Positions 25,934-37,562 of a stretch of DNA of 64,000 nt are shown here, one piece after another. A program made the position numbers and the translations under genes. Within the stretch, counting starts at the first letter, position 1. Each line of letters starts with the position of its first letter. Below the pieces are notes generated by a model. It was given only the letters and a program-made list of their open reading frames with translations. It did no database searches and was not told the DNA's origin. The stretch comes from Octopus vulgaris (lineage: Eukaryota): assembly GCA_951406725.2 (NCBI GenBank), contig OX597814.1, forward strand, positions 77,314,001-77,378,000. The letters run 5' to 3'.

Positions 25934-26965
25934 TTAATCATGATCTTTCTTGTTCTTATTTTCGAAGAACATGAAATCTATTAGAAAAACTGCACCCATC
26001 ATTGTTGCTTTCATTTTGACATCTAGATCCATTGGAAATGTAACTCCAAAATTGTCTGCGGCTGTTACCATTTCATGGACAAACCCAGAATACTGTTTAC
26101 TGATCGTTCCTATATGATTCGATTCATCATGATCGTAAACTTTAAATTTTTGATCTTGCATACAGCAAGGGCCATCGCAAATACAGACGGGTCCTTTGAT
26201 TCGAAAAACAACATCATCATCGGGTGTGGTAATGTCGAACAGGGGTTGTAAGAAGCTACAAGTCTGTTTTACTTTGCCAACTACTTGACCGACAGGAGCT
26301 TCTACTGTTACTTCTAAAGCACAACCTTCGCAACAAGCGCACCAACAACATCCAGCACAGCACTTGAATTCTCTAGTTATTCTCATAATTTCTTGTGCCA
26401 TATTATCGGATATGTGCATCACAAAACCTCGTGCACTGCCGCAGCATTGACGCATGCATAAACTAGACTCTTCGCCAGCAAAATATACTTGTTGTCCAAC
26501 TGAATTGACTATAATATATTTGTTAGCACATTCGAAACCACTTACTACTTCTAGAAGTTCTACTTGCTGCTTCACCAAAATTTGGTCAATCATTGTCAAG
26601 TATTCTAAACCAGGTGGACAATTACTAACTGTCGGCCTGGTCATCCACTGTTGCGACCCTTGAGCTCCCGGTTGTGGTCCATATCCTCCGGGTTGGGGTG
26701 CATAACCGCCGGGTGGTGGTGCGTAACCGCCCGGTGGTGGTGCGTAACCGCCCGGTGGTGGTGCGTAACCGCCCGGTGGAGGAGCGTAGCCGCCCTGTGG
26801 AGGTGCGTAACCGCCGGGTGGCGGTGCGTAGCCAACTGGCGGTGGTTGTCCGTATCCTGATGGAGGAGGTCCATACCCAGGCGGTGGTGGTCCGTATCCG
26901 GGCGGAGGTTGCTCGTTGTCTTTTGAATCTGATGCCGCAGGTTGTGTTGTTACTGGTGAAGACAT
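25934..26965 (-). CDS. PLSCR: phospholipid scramblase family protein (343 aa from the ATG at 26965, single coding exon)
   Basis: Same motifs as the paralogue (CPPGLEYL, CCAGCCWCACC, AADNFGVTFPMDLDVKMKA, GAVFLIDFMFFE). The ORF-track start at 26998 is a non-ATG extension; MSSPVTTQP aligns with the paralogue's MSTPVTTQP. Confidence 0.95.
   Translation of the reverse strand: MSSPVTTQPAASDSKDNEQPPPGYGPPPPGYGPPPSGYGQPPPVGYAPPPGGYAPPQGGYAPPPGGYAPPPGGYAPPPGGYAPPPGGYAPQPGGYGPQPGAQGSQQWMTRPTVSNCPPGLEYLTMIDQILVKQQVELLEVVSGFECANKYIIVNSVGQQVYFAGEESSLCMRQCCGSARGFVMHISDNMAQEIMRITREFKCCAGCCWCACCEGCALEVTVEAPVGQVVGKVKQTCSFLQPLFDITTPDDDVVFRIKGPVCICDGPCCMQDQKFKVYDHDESNHIGTISKQYSGFVHEMVTAADNFGVTFPMDLDVKMKATMMGAVFLIDFMFFENKNKKDHD
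26666..26910 (-). repeat. coding 21-bp repeat encoding (GYAPPPG)n
   Basis: Tandem ggtggtggtgcgtaaccgccc units. Confidence 0.9.
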
Positions 26966-27059
26966 TTTCTTTTTTTTTTTTTCTTTTTTTTTTTGCAAGT
27001 AATCAAGATTGATAACTGAATTGAGATTTCCGTTAGTTGATACTTGATATCAGCATAGA

Positions 27060-27270
27060 TTATATAAATGAATTTATAAAAGTTGTGATTATGCGATCCA
27101 AAATGCTGAATTAAATAAACACCAGTAGCTACGTGTGGCTTCTAGGCAACTAAAAATGGCGATCTCCTCTTAGAACTGTCTCTATCTCTTTCCCTCGAAC
27201 CACCAGTTCTTGAACGGGAAGCTTTGACTGACTACTGGTTCTAATATTGCACTGTATATTTATGACGTCA
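27060..27270 (-). promoter_or_regulatory. putative promoter of the upstream scramblase: TATA-like boxes and a perfect CRE
   Basis: Minus-strand TATATAA/TATAAAT at about 27060-27078, roughly 100 bp upstream of the ATG. TGACGTCA at 27263-27270. Confidence 0.35.
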
Positions 27271-27969
27271 CATAACATACGAAAGTACTTCTAACCCCCC
27301 AATCATACTACATAACTAGAGAGAATATCGTAACACTGAAATATCTCGCACACTAACAAGAATAAACAAAGAAACATCATATTTAATTACAACCGAAAAA
27401 TAATAAAAAACTCACATTAAAAGTCACTTTTAATTAGGTATTATTGTATAAACTTATACAATAATACCTAATTATACTATATAATATTAATAATATATAC
27501 AATAATACCTAATCCTAATTATATTATAAACTTAATAGTATAACCGCAGTTTCCCCCATCCCCTCCACCCCCTCCTCCGAATTCGTATGCTGTAACAATA
27601 AATTCATATATCTTTCTACATAATGCATATTCCTAAAATTTCACTGATGTGCATACGGAATTGCTGATGACGGTTTTATCGGCGAAAATTTCCATTAAAA
27701 AGAAAAATATTCAGAAAGTTAAGAGGATTTTAAGTCAGTGTGTAGGTGTGGATGGGAGAGCATTAAACTAGCTATGCCATAATCGCGATCATGTAAGGGA
27801 TCAGGTTTCGATCTCTGGCGGTAATCATTAGTGAGAAACCATTCTTTTTCAATATGTATCTATTTTCAAGGACAGTTTACTTTCGAAATAATACTGTTGA
27901 TGATCTTTCTGATAGATACATTCCATTATTTACATTTGACGGAAATGTGTCCTTAACTTGTCTGTTGAC

Positions 27970-28015
27970 AACACAACTTTTCGGCTGATATATCCTCCAG
28001 TCTTCATCAGGTGTC
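27970..28015 (-). ncRNA. minimal type I hammerhead ribozyme-like motif (Penelope-type)
   Basis: Minus strand: gacac CTGATGA a gactg-gaggatatat-cagcc GAAA agtt gtgtt. Confidence 0.6.
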
Positions 28016-28081
28016 TTGGGGAAATTTCGAACCTAAGGTATTTTTCGATGTTGTTGTTGTTGTTATTATTATTATTATTAT

Positions 28082-28636
28082 TGAGTGAGAGAGCAGTGCA
28101 TGCCATCAAAGTGACACTGGGGTAAAATATACGAAGCCCAGTATACCCATCATGACTACCCGTCTGATAAGGGTACACTAGGCACATGCACCACAGCCAT
28201 ATGTGCGCGACATGGTGATCTCATATCAAAATAAACAGCACATGACCTTGCAGGTGGGGCCCAGTTAGAATTTTCTTCAGGTCGAGTAACCCATCCCACT
28301 CGAAAGGTCCCTGAATAAGGGTTGTTTAAGGATGTTGAACGAAACACCCATGTTTCCAGAGGTGAATTATTCAAACCCCAAAGAATCCCTCTCAACACAT
28401 GGCTATGATGCTCCCCCACTACTTCTGCTCGTGATCAGAGATGCACATATCGTCAGCCACTAAGGGACATGCTCAACTGGTTAAAGTCAAACAACTGACA
28501 AGCAAATCTGTGGTATTGAGCAGAATATTTGCTGTAGCCCATCTTTTATACCAAGACAAAACAATGTACATGATAACACTTCCAATCAGTTAAGATCAGA
28601 AGCCATGAGAGCCACTGCCTGGTACTGCATCAGATC
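28082..28636. mobile_element. unclassified ~555-bp insertion in the (AAT)n of the left SINE arm
   Basis: Absent from the right arm and bounded by ttatt repeats on both sides. Confidence 0.6.
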
Positions 28637-28862
28637 ATTATTGTTCAGGTCACTGCTTGGAATCGAACTCGGGATCTTAGGGTTAGTAGCCCGTGCTCTT
28701 AACCACTACGGTTAGTGGTTAAGAGCATGGGCTACTAACCCCAAGATTCCGAGTTCGATTCCAAGCAGTGACCTGAATAATAATAATAGTAATAGTAATA
28801 ATAATAATAATAACATCGAAAAATACCTTAGGAATGAGAACCCAGGTTCGAAATTACCCCAA

Positions 28863-28908
28863 GACACCTGATGAAGGCTGGAGAGTATATCAGCCAAAAC
28901 GTTGTGTT
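28863..28908 (+). ncRNA. minimal type I hammerhead ribozyme-like motif (G12 to A mutated)
   Basis: gacac CTGATGA a ggctg-gagagtatat-cagcc AAA ACGT T gtgtt. Stem I is gacac/gtgtt and stem III is the palindrome ACGT. Confidence 0.6.
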
Positions 28909-29190
28909 AACAACAAACAAGATGAGGACAAATATCCATCAAATGTAAATAATCTACATAATTCCTCATCTCTTAAATATAAAACTGTATTAGATACATT
29001 CCATATTATATATATAAGTGGTACGTTGGTTTTACTTTTCTCCAAGATTTCTATATTTCGTGTCTTTTTCTTTTGTATCCAAATAGATTATACCCAAAGT
29101 TGAGTTGCCACATCATTTCCAGTGAACAAAAAAAAAAAGAAATCACTGACATACTTACATATACACATATTGTGTATGTATGTATATGTA

Positions 29191-30076
29191 CAAGGAAGTA
29201 CCCAAAAGTAACCATAAATGTTCTGTGTGGGACAAGCCCATTATAGATCAGGCTTCTACCACTAGAAGTCACTTTATACGACCCTCAGGCATCAGTCTGC
29301 TGACTGGCATCATGCAGTGTGGTTGTACTGTCATATGGCGTGTCTTTGCTTTGCAGTGCTTCTCCTGTGTTCGTCGATTTTTGCGATGGCAGAAATGAAG
29401 TAGCAGCATGCTTCTGTGAAATTCTGTTCTCTGCTGTGGAAAACAGCAGTTGAAACAGTTGTCATGCTTCAAACAGGTTACAAGGATGTTGCCATGAACA
29501 AAACACAAGTGTACGAGTGCTTTTCACATTTTAGGAATGGTCACTTGACGCTTGAAGACCAACCTTGTTCAAGGCAGCTGTCAACCTCCCAAACAAATGA
29601 AAACATCACGAAAATTTATGAACTGATCTTGGAGAGCTATCATTGACAACTGACAAACTTGTTGATATGACTGGTGTGTCCTGGAGCTCCTGCCAACAAA
29701 TTTTGAATGAGGAATTACGAATGAAAAGAGTTGCAGCAAAATTTGTGCCTCAGTTGCTCATGGAAGATCAAATGTATGTCGTGAACTGAACGAACAGTTG
29801 GAAGTTGATCCAGACCTTTTTTCGAAGGTCATCATTGGTGACAAAAGCTAGTGCTAAAGATTTTTCAGATGTGGAAGAGGTGAAGAAAAAAAATGATAGA
29901 GGTGTTAAAAGGCATCACTTTACAAGAGTTCCAGCACTGCTTCAAATAGTGGAAAATATCAGAACTGATGCACTGCTTCAAATGGAGAATACTTTGAAGG
30001 CGATAAAAAGGTAAACATGTAAAACTAAGTGAATAAAATAATATTTCAAAATTCCAGTTTCTTTTGGGTATCTCTT

Positions 30077-30078
<2 letters not shown>
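29191..30078 (+). mobile_element. internally deleted mariner element with both TIRs and TA flanks
   Basis: Left TA|caaggaagtacccaaaagtaacc and right cagtttcttttgggtatctctttg|TA. HTH peptide KFCSLLWKTAVETVVMLQTGYKDVAMNKTQVYECFSHFRNG..LEDQP. Confidence 0.85.
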
Positions 30079-30111
<33 letters not shown>

Positions 30112-30863
30112 CACAGTATATGTGAGTGTACTAATATTTATGCGGATGTGAGTGTGTGTGTTAGTGTTAGACATGCTGCCTGTACTGATTTGTCTATAAG
30201 CCATGCGATGACAGACATGCACTCTGCATTTCAGTGAAAGTGTGGCGATGTGTAGGGGTGTATTCATGTGTGTGTGAGTTTCTGTGTGGACATGTGGGTT
30301 TAGGGTTAGATGTGGATGTGTATGTTTTGCTTGTGCGATGTGGTAGAGGTCAGGCGGCTCTCAATGGACCAACCATGAGGAAGATAATGATAATTTTAAA
30401 TTCAAATCCAATAGTGTATTTATGTCATAAGGAAAATTACTAACTGGAACCCGGACATACTTATGTGCCAATCTGGATCCTAGTGTAAGCGTTATTAATA
30501 ATATTATGAATGATAATAATGGTAACATTAATTGTATTGACAACGATAATGATGCTAACTTCAATGACACTTTAGAAATTAGTATGAAGTAATATAATGT
30601 ACTATTGCCTATGTATATTTGCATCTAGGTACTAATATGTGTATGTTTATTATCACAATATTAAGTCGGAAAACTGAGACATTGAATGTGGAACATATAT
30701 GTGTTTACTAATTTATATTATTTATTTATATCATTATGTATATGTATATTTTTATATGTATAGGAGTGTGAGTATATGCACTCATATGTATATGTATATG
30801 TTGTATTATGGGTATGTACCCACACCCATGTGGATATATATGTAGACTGATTTATATTACATA

Positions 30864-30990
30864 ATCTCCGAAGGGGCCTTATGATATTTTTGTAAATGTC
30901 TCATTTATATCTATATATTGACCTACCATAAAAGGCTAATATTGGTAAAATGAGACATACTTATCTACATGGCCGAAACAGCTGTAAGAT
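30864..30990 (+). ncRNA. degenerate hammerhead-like motif with a long stem-II insert (probable Penelope-like element remnant)
   Basis: atct CCGAAGG ggcc...~95 nt...ggcc GAA ACAGCTGT A agat. Stem III is palindromic; the core carries two deviations from CTGANGA. Confidence 0.45.
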
Positions 30991-31417
30991 GTAATCTATA
31001 CTTATATTTATATTTACTTATATTTATATTCTCTTTTATATATATTCTACTTATTATACATCATTACTCTTTTATGTACACTTTTTTATGTACACTACTG
31101 TATGTACACTCATTTGTTCTGCTTTTTATATGTAACCCTACAGTCTTTTATGTGGTGGTTTAATAAAGTATGTGATTGAGTATTATCGTGTAATTGATAT
31201 TTGATTTAGATGTATTTCTCCATTTTCTTATCTTGTATTAGTAATTTGTGGTAAATCATTTTACCTTTGCCCATATAATACAGTAAATGAATTGATTGCA
31301 TCGCAATCATTAACATTTATGTATTAACTTTGTTGGGTACTTCACTAGCAGTATATTGGATATATGTTATCCCATGGAGGGTTACATTTACAACCCCTGT
31401 CTCAATTTGTATGTATG

Positions 31418-31471
<54 letters not shown>

Positions 31472-31607
31472 GTACATATATATATATATGTACATATATA
31501 TGTGTACATATATATATATGTATATATATATGTACATATATATATATGTGCATATATGCATATATATATATGTACACATTTATATAGTACATATATATAT
31601 GTACATG

Positions 31608-31822
31608 TAAAGTTAATCCAAACATGAAAACACAACGAGAAAACACAACAACGCGAGGACGTGGAACAAGTATAGTGTTATTGGAGGCTCAGGAAAGGAA
31701 AGAACGAAGGAGGATTTAACTTTTCGAGCGGAGCTCTTCATCAGAAACATAGGAAAAAGAAAGATCCAAGGAAGGGAAGACGGAACAAAAAAAAATCATC
31801 GATACATACACAGTCACATTAT
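31608..31822 (-). mobile_element. Penelope-like terminal fragment with a hammerhead motif (31715-31747)
   Basis: Minus strand: ttt CTGATGA a gagc-tcc-gctc GAAA agtt aaa. The fragment is embedded in (TA)n/(TG)n. Confidence 0.55.
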
Positions 31823-31871
31823 GTTTGTGTGTGTGTGTGTATGTATGCGTATATATATATGTATGTGTGTG

Positions 31872-31965
<94 letters not shown>

Positions 31966-31982
31966 TATATATATATATGCAC

Positions 31983-32016
<34 letters not shown>

Positions 32017-32539
32017 TTATACATATATATACACACATATTCATACATACATACATACATACAGACAGACATACATACATATTCTGCAGCTGATATCCTG
32101 AGATTCTCTGAATAGAAGACAGTAGTGCTCAAAAGATTCAAATTTAGACTACAAAACCTTTATAGGGGATCGATTCTACTAGGTAAAGAAAGGCTATAAG
32201 TTGAGCATGTATAGAGGCAATTATGTGGATAAACAAATTAGATACATTAAATATATCAAATATATGAAATACGAAATATATATAGATATATATATGCAAA
32301 ACGAGAGAAAGCAAATGGTGCAAACTTTCAGATGGTGAATTTTTAAGTATAGATATATAGATATTTATATTAATATATCCAACTTGCACTGAGTACGAAT
32401 GACAGAGAAAATTAAAAGGGTGGAAGAAAGGTGTAAGAAGTTCAACCATTGTTTCTGGAGACTCTGAGATCTATAATAAAGTTAATAGATGTAGTTCATA
32501 ACAATATGTGGCCATATGAATGCAATTAATGCTAATTGC

Positions 32540-33160
32540 ATCCATACAGTTGCACTGAGCCTTGATGAACCCCTACTGGTACACCAAATTCCTGACTAAC
32601 TCTCACCTTACAGATAGTATCTTTGTACATGGCTTGTACATGGCCTGTACAGCTTTTACCAGCCACTCATCTTTCCCTAGCCTCTTCAGAACCCACCATA
32701 TCATGCAGCAGGGTACTCTATCAAATGCTTTCCCTATATCAATGAATCCCAAGTATAAAGCTTTATTCTTAGCTAATTACCTATGAAAATAACATTTGTA
32801 CTGCTTCTCCAGATGAAGCCAAACTGCATTTCATCTAGCCAAATTTTCCTCACCTGGTCCAGGAGTTTGGTGCCTCTTTAACTGTTTCTACCAGGTATTT
32901 TGAGCATCTCTAGATGGACCAGGCGCTTTCCTAGTTTTCTTGTTCTTAATTGCCTTATCTACCATACTGCTGTCCACTGATCTGTTTGTTGGCTTCACAT
33001 GAGGAAGACTCCTTTTGTCACATTCATTCTCTACATTTAACAGTCTTGCATAGTAACTTGTCCACACCTCCTTCTTGTCTACATCACTAAGTGCAAGCAT
33101 ACCATAATTCATCCACACACACACTTCTCTTCTACAATATCTCAGTTCTCACTGAAACAC
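32540..33160 (-). mobile_element. old RTE RT fragment
   Basis: Peptide KKEVWTSYYARLLNVENE...VDKAIKNKKTRKAPGPS, similar to the RTE at 48900-49100. Confidence 0.7.
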
Positions 33161-33427
33161 TGTCTAGCACTGTCTAGCACCTGTGCTAGTGCCACATAAA
33201 AGGACTGTCTACTCTGTGGAGCAGTTGGTGATAGGAGTACATCCAGCTGTAAAAGCCTTGCCGAAACAGAGTAACCTGGGGTAGTCTTCTATCTGGCCGG
33301 CTCCTGTTGAACCGTCCACCCCATGCCTACACAAAGACAGATGTAAAATGATGAAGAAACACTGATGATGATGATGGATATATATCTATAGTGTGTGTGT
33401 GTGTGTAATATATATATATATGAGTAA

Positions 33428-33472
<45 letters not shown>

Positions 33473-33492
33473 ATGAGTAATATACATATATA

Positions 33493-34531
33493 CTAGCATT
33501 AAAGATCCGTCGTTGCCGGGTCATAGTGCTAGTGCATGTATATATGTGTATATATATGTGTACATATTACATGTACTTCTATATATATACATCTACACAT
33601 AAAATACAAAATACAGAGTTATATCTTGATATCGCTAGTGATAACAATACTCAAAATATATAACAGACTGGAATTGTTAGCCCGTCTCTTGTAATTTTGA
33701 TCAATTGTATCCTGTCCTCCCTATTGTATAGAAGTTTGGCTACAATTCAGCCTACCTCTACTTCTGGGGGGTGGGCATTTTAAATTTTTTTCCGGGACGT
33801 CCTACGTCCCAGATATAAAGGTAAAAATAAAATATTTCCACTTTGCAAGTTCGAGTCGAGTACTCCCTTGCACGCTCCGTTGACTCGAACTTTGCTTCTA
33901 TTTTGGCGAATTTACCGCCTCAGATTAAATATCTTTCATAGTCCCACCAAGACGCTTTTCAAAGGTGCTTTTCTCCATGTGTTCAAATCTTCTTTTTTCT
34001 CTATATTGTATACTTTATAGACAATAGTCTTTCCTTTAATTTAATTTTTTATTATCCATCTGGACTATTCCATTTCTGCACGCTAATTTTATTTTTAATT
34101 TATTCCCATACATGTGAAACCACTTATTCCAGTTCAAGTCATTGATGCAATTTTATACTAATTGCTATTTTTACCTTTGTTATGTTACGGTTATATTATA
34201 CTTTAGTTTGATTTTAATTATTACTTACTACATATAATTCAATTGTTATTATTATTTTTATTGTTAAAGTGAAAGCATCTGACATAAAATAGAGAAATGT
34301 TTTTCTTTCACTTTTAACACGTAATACTGAAATAGTGGAGAAGATATGATATTGCTTTTGGCTCGCTCTAGGCAAGAAGTTGAACATTTTTTTGCCCATG
34401 AAACTACATGGACCCTAAGTAAGGCATGTGTAAAATTTGAATGAAATTGGTTGTGTAGTTCTCAAGTTTTAGGGAAACACACAGACAGACAGACAGGAAG
34501 ACACACATTCTCAGTTTTATATATATAAAGA
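33493..34531 (-). mobile_element. non-autonomous Helitron, copy 1
   Basis: The minus strand starts A|TCtttatatatataaaactgag and ends with a GACCCG/CGG.TC hairpin followed by CTAG|T. It has an internal (CTGT)n tract. Confidence 0.75.
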
Positions 34532-34710
34532 TATATATATATATGAGTAATATATATATATCGATAGGTGAATGAATTATCCTATGTTTACCGTCAACAT
34601 GGAAAATTCAATGAACCGATACCAGGATAGCAAATTCGCATCAGAAACACTGTTGAAGTGACCTGTCCAAGAGTAGAAACTCCAGGTTCATGTGCAGAAA
34701 TTTGTGTGTT

Positions 34711-34918
<208 letters not shown>

Positions 34919-34931
34919 TATATATATATAT

Positions 34932-34932
<1 letters not shown>

Positions 34933-34963
<31 letters not shown>

Positions 34964-35427
34964 TTAACGTCCGCTTTCCATGCTAGCATGGGTTGGACGG
35001 TTCAACTGGGGTCTGGGGAGCCCGAAGGTTGCACCAGTCCAGTCAGATCTGGCAGTGTTTCTACAGCTGGATGCCCTTCCTAACGCCAACCACTCCGAGA
35101 GTGTAGTGGGTGATTTTATGTGCCACCGACACAGGTGCCAGACGAGGCTGGCAAACGGCCACGCTCGGATGGTGTTTTTTATGTGCCACCAACGCAGGTG
35201 CCAGACGAGGCTGGCAGACGGCCACGCTCAGATGGTGTTTTTATGTGCCACCGACACAGGTGCCAGATGAGGCTGGCAAACGGCCACGATCGGATGGTGT
35301 TTGTTACGTGCCCACAGCACAGAGGCCAGTCGATGCGGTACTGGCTACGGGCACGTTCAGATGGTTTTCTTGTGTGCCACGTGTCACAAAGATACAAATT
35401 CCATTGATGTTCATCTATTTTGATTTG

Positions 35428-35428
<1 letters not shown>
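34933..35428 (-). mobile_element. RTE 3'-end fragment (repeated at about 36991-37486 and 39061-39550)
   Basis: (CAT)n, RTE terminus and ~60-bp repeats. Confidence 0.8.
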
Positions 35429-35465
<37 letters not shown>

Positions 35466-35505
35466 TATTCATATATATCTATATATATATATATATATAT
35501 ATATA

Positions 35506-36545
35506 CTAGCATTATGACCCGTCGTTGCCGGGTCATAGTGCTAGTGCATGTATATATGTGTATATATATGTGTACATATTACATGTACTTCTATATATAT
35601 ATACATCTACGCATAAAATACAAAATACAAAGTTATATCTTGATATCGCTAGTGATAACAATACTCAAAATATATAACAGACTGGAATTGTTAGCCCGTC
35701 TCTTGTAATTTTGATCAATTGTATCCTGTCCTCCCTATTGTATAGAAGTTTGGCTACAATTCAGCCTACCTCTACTTCTGGGGGGTGGGCATTTAAAATT
35801 TTTTTCCGGGACGTCCTACGTCCCAGATATAAAGGTAAAAATAAAATATTTCCACTTTGCAAGTTCGAGTCGAGTACTCCCTTGCACGCTCCGTTGACTC
35901 GAACTTTGCTTCTATTTTGGCGAATTTACCGCCTCAGATTAAATATCTTTCATAGTCCCACCAAGACGCTTTTCAAAGGTGCTTTTCTCCATGTGTTCAA
36001 ATCTTCTTTTTTCTCTATATTGTATACTTTATAGACAATAGTCTTTCCTTTAATTTAATTTTTTATTATCCATCTGGACTATTCCATTTCTGCACGCTAA
36101 TTTTATTTTTAATTTATTCCCATACATGTGAAACCACTTATTCCAGTTCAAGTCATTGATGCAATTTTATACTAATTGCTATTTTTACCTTTGTTATGTT
36201 ACGGTTATATTATACTTTAGTTTGATTTTAATTATTACTTACTACATATAATTCAATTGTTATTATTATTTTTATTGTTAAAGTGAAAGCATCTGACATA
36301 AAATAGAGAAATGTTTTTCTTTCACTTTTAACACGTAATACTGAAATAGTGGAGAAGATATGATATTGCTTTTGGCTCGCTCTAGGCAAGAAGTTGAACA
36401 TTTTTTTGCCCATGAAACTACATGGACCCTAAGTAAGGCATGTGTAAAATTTGAATGAAATTGGTTGTGTAGTTCTCAAGTTTTAGGGAAACACACAGAC
36501 AGACAGACAGGAAGACACACATTCTCAGTTTTATATATATAAAGA
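35506..36545 (-). mobile_element. non-autonomous Helitron, copy 2
   Basis: Same TC...hairpin-CTAG termini. Confidence 0.75.
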
Positions 36546-36823
36546 TATATATATATATGAGTAATATATATATATCGATAGGTGAATGAATTATCCTATG
36601 TTTACCGTCAACATGGAAAATTCAATGAACCGATACCAGGATAGCAAATTCGCATCAGAAACACTGTTGAAGTGACCTGTCCAAGAGTAGAAACTCCAGG
36701 TTCATGTGCAGAAATTTGTGTGTTATATATGAATAAATAAATAAATGGAGTTGAACGAAGATGTTAACAAAATTCCTAAGGGAATTTTATTAACATCTTC
36801 GTTCAACTCCACTTATTTATTTA

Positions 36824-36979
<156 letters not shown>

Positions 36980-36989
36980 ATATATATAT

Positions 36990-37021
<32 letters not shown>

Positions 37022-37485
37022 TTAACGTCCGCTTTCCATGCTAGCATGGGTTGGACGGTTCAACTGGGGTCTGGGGAGCCCGAAGGTTGCACCAGTCCAG
37101 TCAGATCTGGCAGTGTTTCTACAGCTGGATGCCCTTCCTAACGCCAACCACTCCGAGAGTGTAGTGGGTGATTTTATGTGCCACCGACACAGGTGCCAGA
37201 CGAGGCTGGCAAACGGCCACGCTCGGATGGTGTTTTTTATGTGCCACCAACGCAGGTGCCAGACGAGGCTGGCAGACGGCCACGCTCAGATGGTGTTTTT
37301 ATGTGCCACCGACACAGGTGCCAGATGAGGCTGGCAAACGGCCACGATCGGATGGTGTTTGTTACGTGCCCACAGCACAGAGGCCAGTCGATGCGGTACT
37401 GGCTACGGGCACGTTCAGATGGTTTTCTTGTGTGCCACGTGTCACAAAGATACAAATTCCATTGATGTTCATCTATTTTGATTTG

Positions 37486-37528
<43 letters not shown>

Positions 37529-37562
37529 TATATATCTATATATATATATATATATATATATA

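Larger units (their letters stand above)
27927..28990. mobile_element. head-to-head dimer of a tRNA-headed, hammerhead-containing SINE, flanked by a 14-bp TSD
   Basis: TAGATACATTCCAT at 27913-27926 and 28991-29004. Inverted A/B-box heads meet at 28710/28711. Each arm has (AAT)n and a CTGATGA...GAAA core. Confidence 0.75.

Noticed and set aside
26966-26998. N-terminal MQKKKEKKKKK extension of the scramblase
   Set aside because: It is a non-ATG start reading through an A-rich 5' UTR. The paralogue alignment supports the ATG at 26965.
28640-28780. Possible pair of genuine tRNA genes
   Set aside because: The 5' acceptor strand is missing, there is no complete cloverleaf or poly-T terminator, and the sequence continues into a repeat body. 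These are SINE heads.
34645-34695. Possible hammerhead (ctgttgaagtgacc...agaaactcc)
   Set aside because: The core and stems could not be paired convincingly.
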